DNA of 64,000 nucleotides from Eledone cirrhosa (GCA_964016885.1 OZ024741.1:338520001-338584000); one strand, 5' to 3'; positions 1-12,852 are shown, counted from the stretch's first letter. Notes: generated by a model not told the origin, from the sequence alone. Program-made: numbers and translations.

Positions 1-550
1 ATAGGTGATCAGATGGCTGGTATGTTTCCTGAAGTTAGTGTTGCAAATAGTTAGTTCATTTGCATCAGAGAATTCTAGGAGTCTCACTCCCTCTTCATTT
101 CTCAAGCCATAACCCTATCCACTGTGTACTCCAATGTAGCCATCCTAGTGCTGCCCAACATGTCCACTGAAGTCACCAACTAGAATGATGAGGTCTCTGT
201 CATCAGTAACTGAGGTGGTCTGTAACAGTTCTTCATAGAGATGGTCTCTTTTTTTTTCTTTACTTAAATCTGCTTGTGATGCATAACTAGAGATAATTGT
301 TGTCATTCTATGACCTACAGCTATTCTAAGCTTGATAATTCTGTCACTTACTCTAACTACTTTGATTACCTTATTTATCCACTTCTCAACTAGTAGAATT
401 CCTATTTCACCAACCCCATCATCATTTCATACAAAGAAAAGCCTATATTTATGCTGTTTGCTGGTGAGTAATCTTGTTGAAGCACCGCTCCATCTCAGCT
501 GTTGAACACAACACATATTCACACATCTCCTCTCAAGCATCTCCACTACA
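1..550 (-). mobile_element. Degenerate RTE LINE fragment (APE endonuclease region)
   Basis: Collinear with 59130-59710 of the full-length RTE; the minus strand reads VGDFSGHVG; contains stops and frameshifts. Confidence 0.8.
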
Positions 551-741
551 ATGGTGGGCTGAAAAGTTCATAGGCTGACTATGAAGGAGTGTGCATTGTG
601 ATATAGAATGCAAATTAAGAATTTTTTTCCACAAGATAACTGCTTATAGAGACACTTTGGTTGAAGAGCTGTGAGTAGGCTGTTGATAAGGTTCCAAAGA
701 AAGATTTTAACACTCAGAATCGGAGACAAACTCATATACTA

Positions 742-835
742 AGCATATCTGATGACCTTTTGATTACAGCATCAGGTTCGATCTATAATAGGTCTTGCCT
801 CGAGCTGATCGATAGTGAAACATATGTAATATGTT
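742..835 (+). ncRNA. Type I hammerhead ribozyme-like motif
   Basis: AGCATAT-CTGATGA(749)-long imperfect stem II-GAAA(817)-CATATG-TA-ATATGTT. Confidence 0.6.
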
Positions 836-867
836 ATTAAATATGTTATGATGCAACACTGAATCCT

Positions 868-1212
868 TATGGTATATTGCTAAATATACTATACATACAT
901 TCACGTATACATCACTATTTCAGAGCACCAATATTAATACTTAATTTTTGCTGGACTGGCAATCGCTCTGTGTAATCAGCTCCTGATTATTACTGGAATT
1001 CTATAATAATCCAGCTTCTACAATTTTCAGCAAAGGCAGGTGAGTGCGTCGCTTTGATAAATGCCAAACAGCAAGAAACAGCTGTCACCCCCTCTCTCCC
1101 AGCCTCTGCCGAAAATAAGTAAGTGACATAGTCACTACTTTAAAACTGATAGCGAATGGTCTTCTAAATGTTTTTAATTAAACGTACGGTATATTACCAA
1201 ATATACTGTATG
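868..1212 (+). mobile_element. Retrozyme-like ~317-nt non-coding unit with terminal redundancy (same family as 16125-16900)
   Basis: GGTATATT(G/A)C(T/C)AAATATACT at 871 and 1188; internal TTGATAA...GAAA-CAGCTG-TC motif; collinear with 16550-16880. Confidence 0.65.
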
Positions 1213-1217
1213 TTTGG

Positions 1218-1536
1218 AGGCACATGGCTTATTTGTTAGAGCAGTGGTCTTGCAATCGAAAGGTTGTTAGTTCAATTCTCAGACCGGGTGATGTGTTGTT
1301 TCCTTGAGCAAGACACTTTATTTCACATTGCTCCAGTTTACTCAGCTGTAGAAATGAGATGATAGGGACTGGGGTCCCTATCATTCCACTGCAAAGTGGT
1401 CGTGTAGGCACCATGGAAAAAAAGCACTCAGCACTCACTGCAAATGAGGTTGGTGTTAGGAAGGGCATCCAGCTGTAGAAATCAAGCCAGAATCAGTTCT
1501 GTCCCACCCTTGCAAGCAGGGAAAAGCAGACGTAAA

Positions 1537-1568
<32 letters not shown>
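1218..1568 (+). mobile_element. tRNA-derived CORE-type SINE with RTE-derived tail
   Basis: A-box/B-box-like head, CORE-like CCTTGAGCAAGACACTT segment, tail CCCTTGCAAGCAGGGAAAAGC.GACGTAAAA(TGA)n; near-identical copies at 17885 and 55801. Confidence 0.85.
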
Positions 1569-1596
1569 ACTATACATACATTCATATATATGTAAG

Positions 1597-2748
1597 GACA
1601 GTGCAAGCTATGTACAGGGGTGCTGTCAATAAAGTGAGAGTAGGCATGGAGTTTAGTGAGGAATTCCAGATACAAGTAGGTGTACATCAGGGTTCGGTCC
1701 TCAGCCCGCTCTTGTTCATTATAGTCCTCCAAGCCATAACAGAGGAGTTTAAGACTGGATGCCCATGGGAACTTCTCTATGCTGATGATCTGGTTCTTAT
1801 AGCAGAATCAGTAGAGGAGCTAGAGAATAAATTCTGGCTATGGAAACAGAAGTTGGAATCAAGAGGTCTGAGAGTGAACATAGCTAAGGCAAAAGTGTTG
1901 ATAAGTAAAAGAGAAGACAATACTCTGATTCCATCAAGGAAATGGCCATGTTCGATATGTAGGAAAGGAACTGGCATAAATTCCATAAAATGTACGCAAT
2001 GCAGATCTTGGGTACACAAGAGATGTAGTGGGATAGCAAGCAAACTAACAGGTAGGGAAAACTACATATGCAGTAGATGTGCAGGGAAAGTTGGTAGTAG
2101 TAATCGCAGTGATAGACACATTTTTCCAATGCAGGTGGGTTCTATAGAAGTGGTTGATAGCTTCCGGTACCTAGGTGATCAGATTAGCATGGGAGGGGGG
2201 TGTTCCGAGGCCATAGTATCTAGAATAAAGACGGGTTGGAAGAAGTTTAGGGAGCTGCTTCCTCTGTTGACAAAGAAGGGTTTCTCCCTGCATACGAAAG
2301 GACGGTTATGTGATGCCTGTGTGAGATGCACAATGCTGCATGGTAGTGAGACATGGGCAGCAACTGCAGAAGATATGCGACGGCTGGAGAGAAATGAAGC
2401 AAGTATGCTCCGTTGGATGTGCAATGTCAATGTGCGTGAATGACCAAGCATAGATGAGTTGAGAAATAAACTGGGTATAAGAGCGATAAGTTGTGGTGTG
2501 CAGGAGAGAAGGCTGAGATGGTATGGACATGTGATGCGCATGGAGGATGACCGCTGGGTAAAGAAGTGCCAAGAAATCCCAGTAGAAGGAAGACATAGTA
2601 GAGGTAGACCACAAAAAACATGGGCGGAGGTGGTGAGAGCAGATCTCAGATCGCTGAAACTCACCGAGGAGATGACGAAGGACCGTGACAAGTGGAGAGA
2701 TGTTGTGCTGAATAGGACCCGTCCAACCCTTGCAAGCAGGGAAAAGCC
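1597..2748 (+). mobile_element. 5'-truncated RTE LINE (subfamily A)
   Basis: ORFs 1601-2443 and 2459-2860 contain GVHQGSVLSP, LLYADD, a C4HC3 finger and RRLRWYGHV. Confidence 0.92.
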
Positions 2749-3612
2749 TGCTTGCCTGGACACCCTGCGGCATGAAATACAAGACCCAGCAAAGGGCGGA
2801 GGAACTCAGCAGAGTCACGACCATGCAAATAGTTGTTTTTGTTTTATACGGAGAGGTTAAACTGCAAGGCATAAAAAGCTGAGGGTTGTCGTTGTATTTT
2901 CCTTGGCAAACATTTGCACTGAAGATATGTGTCGTCAGTTCCAAAAAGTGTGGTTGATCCTACACAAGCCTTCACCACTTAAAACAAAACTTTGTGTGGA
3001 TAGTTCAAAATCAGTTTACTTTCTCACATCAACTTTTGTTGGACATGGATACAACGGGAGAGTCCATCATCATATATATATATGAGTGTGTTTGCACATG
3101 TGTGTGAGTGTACCCATGTGTGTGTGGGTATGGGTATGTGGGTGAGTGTGCTTGTGAGTGGGTGTGCATATATGGGGGGGGGGGGAGAAAGTGAATGGGT
3201 GTGTGCGTTTACATGTATGTTTCTTTATAGGCCTCTCTCTCTCCCCACTCTCTCTCTCTCTCTCTAATTATATATAGTGTATCTACTTTAGTCTGAATAA
3301 AGGTAATGACAAAATTATTTGCAAACCCTACTAGACTGGTCTGATAGGTTCAGTTTTCTAGGCTGATGTTTGTCAAGACAAAATAAGCAAGGTTAGAGTT
3401 TCAGAGAGTTGTATTTCCTGGCGGGGCAGCGGCGGAAAAGGCGGGGGTGGGGGTGATAGAAATATTTAATAAAGCATTTCAAAGTTATGATGGTAAGGAA
3501 GGAAAATTATAAAGAAAAGTTCATCCCACAGGTGAATCATTAGGATTTGAATTACTGGATAGATTTGAGAGATTGCAGCTCCAATACTACAAACATGTGA
3601 TTAAAATGTCAT

Positions 3613-3696
3613 AACAACAACAGCAACAGCAACAGCAACAGCAGCAATAGCAACAGCAACAGCAGCAGCTGCAGCAGCAGCACCACCACCACCACC

Positions 3697-3790
<94 letters not shown>

Positions 3791-3825
3791 TGAAGTCGTC
3801 GTCGACGTCGTCGTTGTTGTTGTTA
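3613..3825 (+). repeat. Compound trinucleotide microsatellite (CAG/CAA)(CAC)n(CAA)n(GTC/GTT)
   Basis: Directly visible. Confidence 0.95.
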
Positions 3826-4040
3826 AAAGATAGAAACAGTTTTCATGGTTACAAAAGGAGAAATTTGTCCTACACCTAGTTAACCCATTTTTATCTTCCA
3901 ATTCTTTTTCTTCTTTGAATTTCGAGGGCCATTGTATATGCATGTATGTGTGAATATGTGTGCAAGTATGTGTATATCTGTGTGTGTGTGTATGTGTGCG
4001 AGAATGTGTATATGTTTGTATATATATATATATATATATA

Positions 4041-6590
4041 AGAAAGATCTGGAAGCTGAAAGACCCCTCAGCCAGTAACAGATTTAAAGATATTTTACTC
4101 AACGCCTACGACAGTAAAGAAGAACAGATAGAGACATTCAATGTAGAAGAGAACTGGGAGTTCCTAAAAAATAACTTACTAGAGGCAACAGATGAGGTCT
4201 GTGGCTGGAGTAAGACCACAAGCAGGAGGAGAGTGATTTGGTGGTGGAACAATAAGGTAGATATGGCAGTTAAGGCCAAGAGACAGGCATGGAAAGAATG
4301 GAAGAACAGGGGAAGCAGGGTACATTACATAGAGACCAAGAGAGAAGCTAGGCGACAAGTATACTTAGCTAGGAAGGAAGCAGAGGATAGAAAATTCAAG
4401 CATGTTTTGCAACGTGAGGACCAGAACAGAAGATGTTCAGTGTGTCAGAGAGTATTGTGATGTCATTGGAGAGAAGTGTATCCGGAATGATAAAGGTGAG
4501 CTTGCCCTCACAAGCGCTGAGAAGAAAGATGCATGGAAGAGCCATTATGATAGATTACTAAATGAGGAGAATGCATGGGAAGAAGAGACCCTACCCCAAG
4601 TAGACCCTATAGAGGGGCCAGCAGTACAAGTCAGCAGCAGCGTAGTAAGTAAGGCAATCAAAGATATGAAGATGGGGAAGGCAACCGGTCCATCAGGTAT
4701 AGCTGCCGAGATGCTGAAGGCATCTGGGTCTGTAGGTCACACTATAACCACACGTATTGTTAACCAGGTAATACTAGAAGGTGTCATACCAAAAGATTGG
4801 TGCAGTAGCATCATTGTCAACTGCTACAAAGGTAAAGGTGATGCACTAGATAGAGGAAACTATAGAGGTATAAAGCTGATGGACCAGGTCATGAAAGTAA
4901 CAGAAAGAGTTATAGCACAATTGATTAGGGACCGGGTGAAAATAGATGAGATGCAATTTGGTTTGTACCAGGAAGAGGCACCACTGATGCCCTCTTCCTT
5001 GTGAGGCAGTTACAGGAAAAGTACCTAGCTAAAAGTAAACCACTCTACCTGGCATTCGTCGATCTCGAGAAAGCCTTTGACAGAGTTCCATGTGCTGTAA
5101 TCTGGTGGGCTCTTAGAAAACTAGGAGTAGATGAATGGCTTGTGAAAGCTGTACAAGTCATGTAAAGGGGAGCAGTCAGCAAAGTTAGGATTAGCAATGA
5201 GTATAGTGAGGAATTTAGCATACAGGTTGGTGTCCACCAGGGCTCTGTTCTTAGCCCTCTCCTGTTCATCATAGTCCTGCAGGCAATAACGGAGGAGTTT
5301 AAGACCGGATGCCCATGGGAACTCCTGTATGCTGATGACCTCGCACTTATAGCTGAATCTATGGTAGAACTAGAGAATAAATTCCAAACTTGGAAGCAGG
5401 GACTAGAAAGAAAGGGTCTCAAAGTCAACATGACAAAGACTAAGGTCCTTGTAAGTAGACGAGGAAACAGAACCCAGATCCCCTCAGGAAAATGGCCTTG
5501 CTCAGTATGTAGGAAAGGTGTAGGTAGGAACTCCATTCTCTCCCACAAATGCAAACAATGGGTAGACAAGAGATGTAGCGGGATCTCAGGAAGCTTAATT
5601 AAGAATGTAGGCTTCACATGCAGCAGCTGTGCTGGGACAGCAAGCAGCAAACAGCCACAGGAAACAAGTACCACCAATCTCTGGGAGGGCTCTGTAGAAA
5701 CAGTAGACAGCTTCTGCTACCTAGGTGACTGAATTAGCAGCGGAGGTGGGTATTCAGAAAGTACAATAACTAGGGTAAGAACGGGATGGAAGAAGTTCAG
5801 GGAACTACTGCCACTGCTAGCTGCAAAAGGCTTTTCCCTCAAAATGAAAGGCAGACTGTATGATGCATGTATCCGAACAGCAATGTTACATGGTAGTGAG
5901 ACCTGGGCGCTGAAGGTGGAAGACTTACGTAGATTAGAAAGAAACGAAGCCTGCATGCTCCGATGGATGTGTAATAGTAATATACGCGAACGACAAAGCA
6001 TAAATGAATTGAGAGAGAGACTGAGCATAAGAGGAATCAAATGCTGTGTGCAGGAGAGGCGGTTGCGTTGGTATGGACATGTGATGCGTATGAAGGATGA
6101 CAGCTGCATAAAAAGGTGCAGAGCACTAGAAGTCAATGGAAACCGCGGAGTGGGGAGACCCAAGAAGACCTGGGATGAGGTGATAAAAGCCGACCTTACC
6201 CAATTACACCTCTCAAAGGCGATGACACACGACCGTGACCTCTGGCGTCATGCAGTAATACAGAGTACCCGACCTCCCATGGGTACAAGCTGAAGCATAT
6301 AGACAATATGCCCCCACACCCTCCCACTGCAAGATGGTCGTGGAGGTGCCACGGCAAAAAAGCACCCAGCCCACACTGTAAAGTGGACGTGTAGGCGCCA
6401 CGAAAAAGCACCCAGCACTCACTGTAAATGAGGTTGGTGTTAGGAAGGGCATCCAGCTGTAGAAATCAAGCCAAAATCAGTTCCTGTATGAGCAAGGCAT
6501 GGTCAGCCGACCCGACACTGCCCACAACAGGACAACTCGTCTAACCCATGCTAGCATGGAAGAACGGACGTAAAACGGTGATGATGATGA
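4041..6590 (+). mobile_element. 5'-truncated, disrupted RTE LINE (subfamily B)
   Basis: Pieces WWWNNKV, NYRGIKLMDQVMK, YADD and RRLRWYGHV, followed by a 3'UTR and (TGA)n tail; starts at a (TA)n tract. Confidence 0.92.
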
Positions 6591-6839
6591 TATATGTATG
6601 TGTTTATGAATGTGTAGTGAGAATATGTGTGTCTGCACATGCGTATCTGCACATGTGTGTATGTGTTTATGTGCATGAGCATTTGTGTTTGTATGTATGT
6701 GTATGTGTGTGCATATGTGTGTATGTGTGCATGTGTGCATGAATATGTATGTGTAGTACAGCAATAGTAACCAAATAAACCTGCCCTTCCCTTCTTTCAA
6801 TCAGACTTTCCTGAAGAGTCATAATTCAATAAATGTTAG

Positions 6840-7330
6840 GCCATTCTTCTTCGCCCACTTCTTCCTGTGAGAGTCATGGGGGCAGAGCCTTCAAACACTC
6901 CTTCCGGCAGGTCCTATCAGAAGCAATCGCTTCCAACTGATCCAACTCAATCCCCAAACAAAACAAACTCATGGATGTTATCCAACCATCTTGCCCAGGG
7001 TCTACCTCTGGGTCCCTTGTCAGTTGGTTTTGCCCATAAAATCTGTCCAGCGATTCTTTCCTGAGACATTCTAACCACAGGCCCATCGTTTCGGAGTGGT
7101 GATCTCTCAATTAGGAGAAGTAGCGGATCTACCTAGAGCGGCTCCCTGGTCTCCAAGCTACATACTCTACGAGTAACATTACTCCGAAGACCCATCGGAG
7201 AACTCCATTTTGGCGGCTTGTAAAGACGTCCAAAGTTAAGACATGGGAGGACTTTGGGGTTAAGCTGAAATCCGACTTCAGACCATCCGCCGACTTCGCA
7301 ATAAGTCCTGTGATCGATCTGACAAACTAA
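6840..7330 (-). mobile_element. RTE (Expander-like) 3' fragment
   Basis: Reverse-complement homolog of 26700-27040 (DQLE.IASDRTC.KECLK). Confidence 0.7.
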
Positions 7331-7624
7331 ATCCTTTAAAAGCAGTATGCCAGCGTGGCTGCAGTCTAATGACTGAAACGGATAATAGAATAAAATGATG
7401 TGTACTAGAGCAGAGAAGAAATACAAAATAAATTGTATATACAAAAGTTGAATTTTCAAGGGGCATAACTAAGACAGTAAGCTGTTAAGATTAATTCCCC
7501 TTGAACTGGCTTAACTAAATTTGACAAATATTGATTTCTTAATGTAACGTGATAAGTGTAAGTTAAAACAATGAAATAAAAATTCAAGTCATTAGGAAAA
7601 TACTTCACATTAGGAAAATACTTC

Positions 7625-7712
7625 ATTGTTTCTACTTTTGGCACGAGACCATTACTGGTGCTTTATTTTATCGACCCCGTAAAGATGAAAGGCAAAGCCA
7701 ACCACGGCGGGA
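7625..7712 (-). mobile_element. Nin/Deu-domain SINE fragment
   Basis: CTGGTGCTTTATTTTATCGACCCCGTAAAGATGAAAGGC, matching the copies at 33000, 46462 and 60726. Confidence 0.7.
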
Positions 7713-7864
7713 TTATATATATATAGTGTCTTCACGAACCAATGTATCGTATTTCTGTTTTTCTTCGGTTGTAACGTTTTTTTTATATATTTATTTTGCG
7801 TCTACAGATTGATTTCTCCTAGTTTCAGAAGATCCCGGAATGGTGTGAAGGCAGCGCTTCTTAA

Positions 7865-8035
7865 ACTTTAATCTTAAACAAATCCGAGACGTAAACACAA
7901 GAAAAATCCCCTTAAGTAGCCACATTGCAGATTGTGCTGGAATGACCCTACCCAACTTTAAAATCTTCCCCCTTTACAAGTGTCCCGGTTCTTTCACTCA
8001 ACAACAAAGAATAAATAAAGAAAAACTATCTATTA
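7865..8035 (+). mobile_element. Penelope-like GIY-YIG C-terminal fragment
   Basis: Translates as KQIRDVNTRKIPLSSHIADC...PNFKIFPLYK...RINKE. Confidence 0.55.
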
Positions 8036-8547
8036 ACAGACCCGGGGACCCCACCGTGCCCGGGGGAAGACCACCATGTAACACGTAACGGGAACCCCAC
8101 ACTAGGCACACAGAGGTCGACCACCCTCTGCAACTGCAGAAACTCTGAATCATGCCCCCTTAGTAATGAATGCCTTAAGAAGAACCTAATATATGGATGT
8201 AGGGTTAAAACCTCCAACTCCGAACACCTCTACATAGGAGCCACATCAACGAGCTTTAAAGACCGTTGGTATAACCATCGCCATTCCTTCAATAAGGAGG
8301 CCAAAAGTACGGCTCTTTCCGACCTGATCTGGAAGCTTAAGCTGGACAGGACCCCTACTCTCTGGCCTGGTCCATAATCAGGAAAGTACCACCCGATAAA
8401 GGGGGATCTGGCATATGCAAACTATGTCTGAACGAGACCCTCGAGATGCTAAGAGGTGGAAGCCGCCTGATAAACCTCGGAACCGACTTCTTCGGGACAT
8501 GCAGACACCTCAGGGCCGGGACCTTCCTCAAGCTATATGGACAGTAA
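8015..8547 (+). pseudogene. Penelope-like GIY-YIG endonuclease reading frame (no ATG upstream of the domain)
   Basis: Open frame CNCRNSESCPLSNECLKKNLIYGCRV...LYIGATSTSFKDRWYNH...CKLCLNE...CRH; not in the supplied ORF track. Confidence 0.8.
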
Positions 8548-8769
8548 CAAAACACTGAGATGTGAACTCCCCTCAAGTTATAGGGACTTCTCCAGAACAT
8601 GTAGACACCTCTTGGCCGGACCTCCCTCAAGCTATATGGGCAATAACAACACCATAGGTTGGAAACTCCCCTCAAGCCATAGGGACCCACCCAGGCTGAG
8701 CAGACACCATGATAGCCTAGAGATTGATTCTGACACAGCCTTTCTAATTTGGCTAACATCTTTATAACA

Positions 8770-9965
8770 CACACACATTTTATTTTACTTAAATCTTCCT
8801 TTTTTTCTTTTTCATTTGTTTTCTGTTTTCTTCACTTTATTGCCTTCTATTTCTTCATATGCATGGCATAACCCCCCAACACCACCACCACGAGAAATGG
8901 TGGCAGGATGGATGAAAAAACACGCAGAGATACTTCTTAATGTCAGCAGCAGCAAGACCTAGGCTGACCGCAGCACCAACACCACTACCAAAATAAGGGT
9001 AGAGGTCAGATGTACTGAACAATAGCAAAAACAAACACTACAGGTAGCCTCACCCCAGAAAGAATTTCTATAGACTTTTGACTGAGAAATGCTCTTACAA
9101 CTGACCAATGGGAGGAGTGACCTTGCAAATCTTTCTAACGTTGAGATTGGTTATAACACAGACACATTTTATTTGATTATCCTATTTTGTTTTATTCGTT
9201 TACCATCTTGTTCCTCCTACCACTTTATCCAACATCTTTCTGCCTTTGAGATTGGTTATAGCACACACACATTTTATTTTATTTGAATCTTTATTTTTCT
9301 TTTTCATTTTTCATTTTTCATTTTTCATTTTTCATTTTTCATTAATTTTTCATTTATTTTCTATTTATTATTTATTTTGTTTTCTTCATTTTATTGCCTT
9401 CTATTTCTTCATATGCATGGCACAGCCCCCCCCCCCCCCCCCCCAGCACCACCACCACGAGAAATGGTGGCAGGATGGATTAAGAAACACACACAGATAC
9501 TTCTTAATGTCAGCAGAAGCAAGACCTGGGCTGACTGCAGCACCAACACCACTACCAAAATAAGGGTAGATGTCAGATGTACTTAACAATAGCAAAAACA
9601 AACACTGCATTTAGCCTCACCCCAGAAAGAATTTCTATAGACTTTTGACTGAGGAATGCTCTCACAACTGACCAATGGGAGGAGTGACCTTACAAATCTT
9701 TCTAACATTGAGATTGGGTATAACACACACACACATTTTATTTGATTATCTTATTTTATTTTGTTCCTTTACCAACTTATTCCTTCTACCACTTTATCAT
9801 TTTTTTTAGCTGACTCCAACACCAACACCACTACCAACATAAGAGTAGAGGTCAGATGTACTTAACAATAACAAGAACAACCACTATTGATTGCCTTGCC
9901 TCAGAACGAATTTCTATAGACTTTTGACTGAGGAATGTTCTAACAACTGGCCAATGAGAGGAGAC
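8770..9965 (+). repeat. Tandem repeat, ~570-bp unit, about 2.3 copies
   Basis: CCACGAGAAATGGTGGCAGGATGGAT at ~8887 and ~9455; third partial copy at 9810-9965. Confidence 0.85.
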
Positions 9966-10119
9966 GAGGCCCTTTGACTCTGAAATTCGTTTGTTTAAAT
10001 TCATATGATTCCAGTTCCTCAGTGAAATAACAACCCAACCAGGAACTGGGCATATCAGAGTATTGACAAAGTTATACACTTCAACAACATGTGTACTCAT
10101 CTCTACCACACTAATTCGG

Positions 10120-10173
10120 ACTGCCTGATAGGTCACAGCCAAAGATGGCTGTCACCGAAATATATATAGTAGT
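10120..10173 (+). ncRNA. Degenerate hammerhead motif at the 3' end of a Penelope-like element
   Basis: ACTGC-CTGAT(-)A-GGTCACAGCCA/TGGCTGTCACC-GAAA-TATATA-TA-GTAGT. Confidence 0.55.
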
Positions 10174-10224
10174 AATAAACGAAGCCAAATATTAAACATT
10201 TGACTTATTTATTTTAGTTTATTT

Positions 10225-10281
<57 letters not shown>

Positions 10282-11149
10282 TTGACGGCTGAGAGAGAAA
10301 GGTACTCAATACCGAAGTAGAATTTTAATATTCATTCTATTGCGATTAAATAGTAGGTCTTGTTTCTCTGGAGTTTTGCCTGTTTATCGCTGTCATCAGG
10401 GCCCTATAACAAACGGGCGAAACTCCAGAGTAACAAGACTCACTATTTAGCCATAATAAAAGAAATATATATACATAAAATTATACATCTATCCGTAGCG
10501 CGTCCATAGCCTTTTATCTATCAAAAGGTCATGAGGGAGAGAAAGAAAACAAGAAAGAGAGAAGGAAAAAAGGAAGAAAAAAAAGAAGTAAACTTACTGA
10601 TAGAAGGGGGGGGGGGCAATGGTGCATGTAAGTAAGTAAGTAACCGAGAGAATAGAGATCAAGTCTCTATAAAGATTTTTAAAAAGCCGTTGGTTTTAAG
10701 CCCAGGGCCATAATAACGGAGCTGGGTAATCCACGTCTGTCCTCAGTGAAAGCGAACCAGAGAGAGAGAAAAAGACGGAGGACCCGGCAGCGAGAGGGAG
10801 TAGAAGGCAGAGGGGGTGAGTTAGAGGGATAAAGAGAGGGGGGGGAAGGAAGTTAATCCAAACGTGTGTACGACGCATGTGGACCAACAAACAAGCGAAA
10901 TCGATAGAGTGAAGGAGAGAGGGGGGGGGGGGGGTGATCGAAAGGTATGGCAATTATGTTTTAATTATTATTTGGTTATTCTCTCTCCATTTATAAATGT
11001 TGAGCTCTGCAGGACGGGGCCTGACAGTCTACAGCAGAATCTACGACTGAAAACATCCTCAGTCTTTTTTAATTACTGCTGCATCAAGGAAACTGGTTTA
11101 GCATAGGGTTTCTCTCATTTTTACCAAGATATATATATATATATATATT

Positions 11150-12150
11150 TAGGAAGGCCTTTGATTCTGTGGACCGTCACTGCCTGATGAAGATCTTGCG
11201 GGCTTATGGAATCCCCAAGAAGATAGTGGACATGATATCACTGCTCTACACCAACACCAAAGCCCAAGTCATTACATCTGATGGGACGACGGAGTTCTTT
11301 GAGATACTGACTGGAGTGCTCCAGAGAGATACATTGGCTCCTAACCTTTTTATTATCGCAGTGGACTATTGTTGGAAAAACACCAGGACTCTTGTTTTAC
11401 TGTAACACTGGCTCAGAGCAGGAGAGTTAAGGCGAAAAAGATATGAGATGCTGAATTTGCTGACGACATAGTTCTGGTGACAAACACAGTCAAGGTAGCA
11501 GACGAGTTGATGCAGAAGGTGGGGCTGAGAATGAATGAGATTAAGACATAGTATCTGGCAGAGAATATTAAGAAGCCAGAGAAGATTATGAATGTAGGCG
11601 GGAAGCCGCTAGAGTTGGTTAAGGACTTCCTGTACCTGGGAGCAAAGATTGGGAACACAGAGAATGATGTGGTTGAGAGGAAGAGCAAAGCCTGGGCGGT
11701 GTGGAAGTCAGACCTTCGTAAAGACCTGAAGATCCGTCTCTTCGTTGCTACTGTACAGGTCTGAGACTTGGACACTGACCAAGAAACTCCCTCAGATGGT
11801 GGATGGGTGCTACACAAGAATGCTGAGGATGACTCTGAACATTAATCAGTATATACTGATGATGAAGATCTCAGAGTTGTGCGGGAGCCTCCCAAAAGTC
11901 AGCTCTAAAGTAACACAGACGAGACTGAGGTTAGCTGGACATGCTCACCGACATTCAAAGTTGACACTGCACTCAGTGTTCCTGTGAGTTCCCCTACACA
12001 GACACACTAGATGAGGGAGACCGAGGTTGACATATGTTGATACCCTAAAGACACACACAGGTCACTTGGAGACGCAGTACATGGCAGCGATGATGAGGGA
12101 CAGAAACCGCTGAAGAGAACTCATCCATGGATCTCGGGAATTTTACCCTA
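11150..12150 (+). mobile_element. Degenerate RTE-clade LINE 3' portion (a different family)
   Basis: KAFDSVDRH..., GVLQRDTLAP, FADD, LLY.SETWTLT, RLRLAGH. Confidence 0.8.
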
Positions 12151-12821
12151 GATAGATATACATATATATATATACTAGACCATCCGTGATCCGTTGAGTC
12201 ACGTTCACTTCAAAATATTTTTTTAATCATGTTCACTTAAAAATAATTTTTAAATAATTAAAATATACATAGACATCTTAACTATAATAAAGAAAGAAGT
12301 GCGGGAGTGCGTCCAAAATATATTTGTTTACCCCGTTTGTAAAATAAGTTGGATTACTTTGAATAAATAATGAATGAATATTACATAATTTATGTGCTAA
12401 ATTTCGTGGCTGTTGATTAAATATATTGTATAGCTTATTTAAAGCTTCACTTCTTTAACATTTTCAAACGTAGACACTTCCGGTTAGCGGTCGTTATATT
12501 ATAACACTTATAAAAATAACGTATATATTTCCGTCGCTAATTTTCTCTTAATGCAGTTTATATATAATATCGTCTTTTTTAAACGTATCATGGATTACTT
12601 TAATGATCACAGAAGACAGCGTAACACAGATTCGTTCAATTTCTGTGTATATTGTCAATTACGATTTTATTTGATGTATCATATCTACATACATATATAT
12701 TTGTGTATAATATCAATATACACACTACACATGGTAGCAGAAAACCACCCGAATGGTGGTTTTTCTGCTAGTGTATATAATGTAAAATGAACTGGAAGGC
12801 ACATATATATACGTGTGTGTG

Positions 12822-12852
<31 letters not shown>

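Noticed and set aside
1218-1290. tRNA gene (also at 17885 and 56065)
   Set aside because: The cloverleaf is not closed and it is followed by SINE body and tail; it is a SINE head.
1229-1468. MPFLTPTSF... ORF family (also 17923, 55885)
   Set aside because: Antisense translation of the SINE.
3587-4102. Poly-Cys/Trp and poly-Leu ORFs
   Set aside because: Translations of microsatellites.
10690-10750. Minus-strand CTGAGGA as a hammerhead
   Set aside because: No properly placed GAAA or stem III; similar weak cases at ~7825, 11020, 35030 and 35365 were also not counted.
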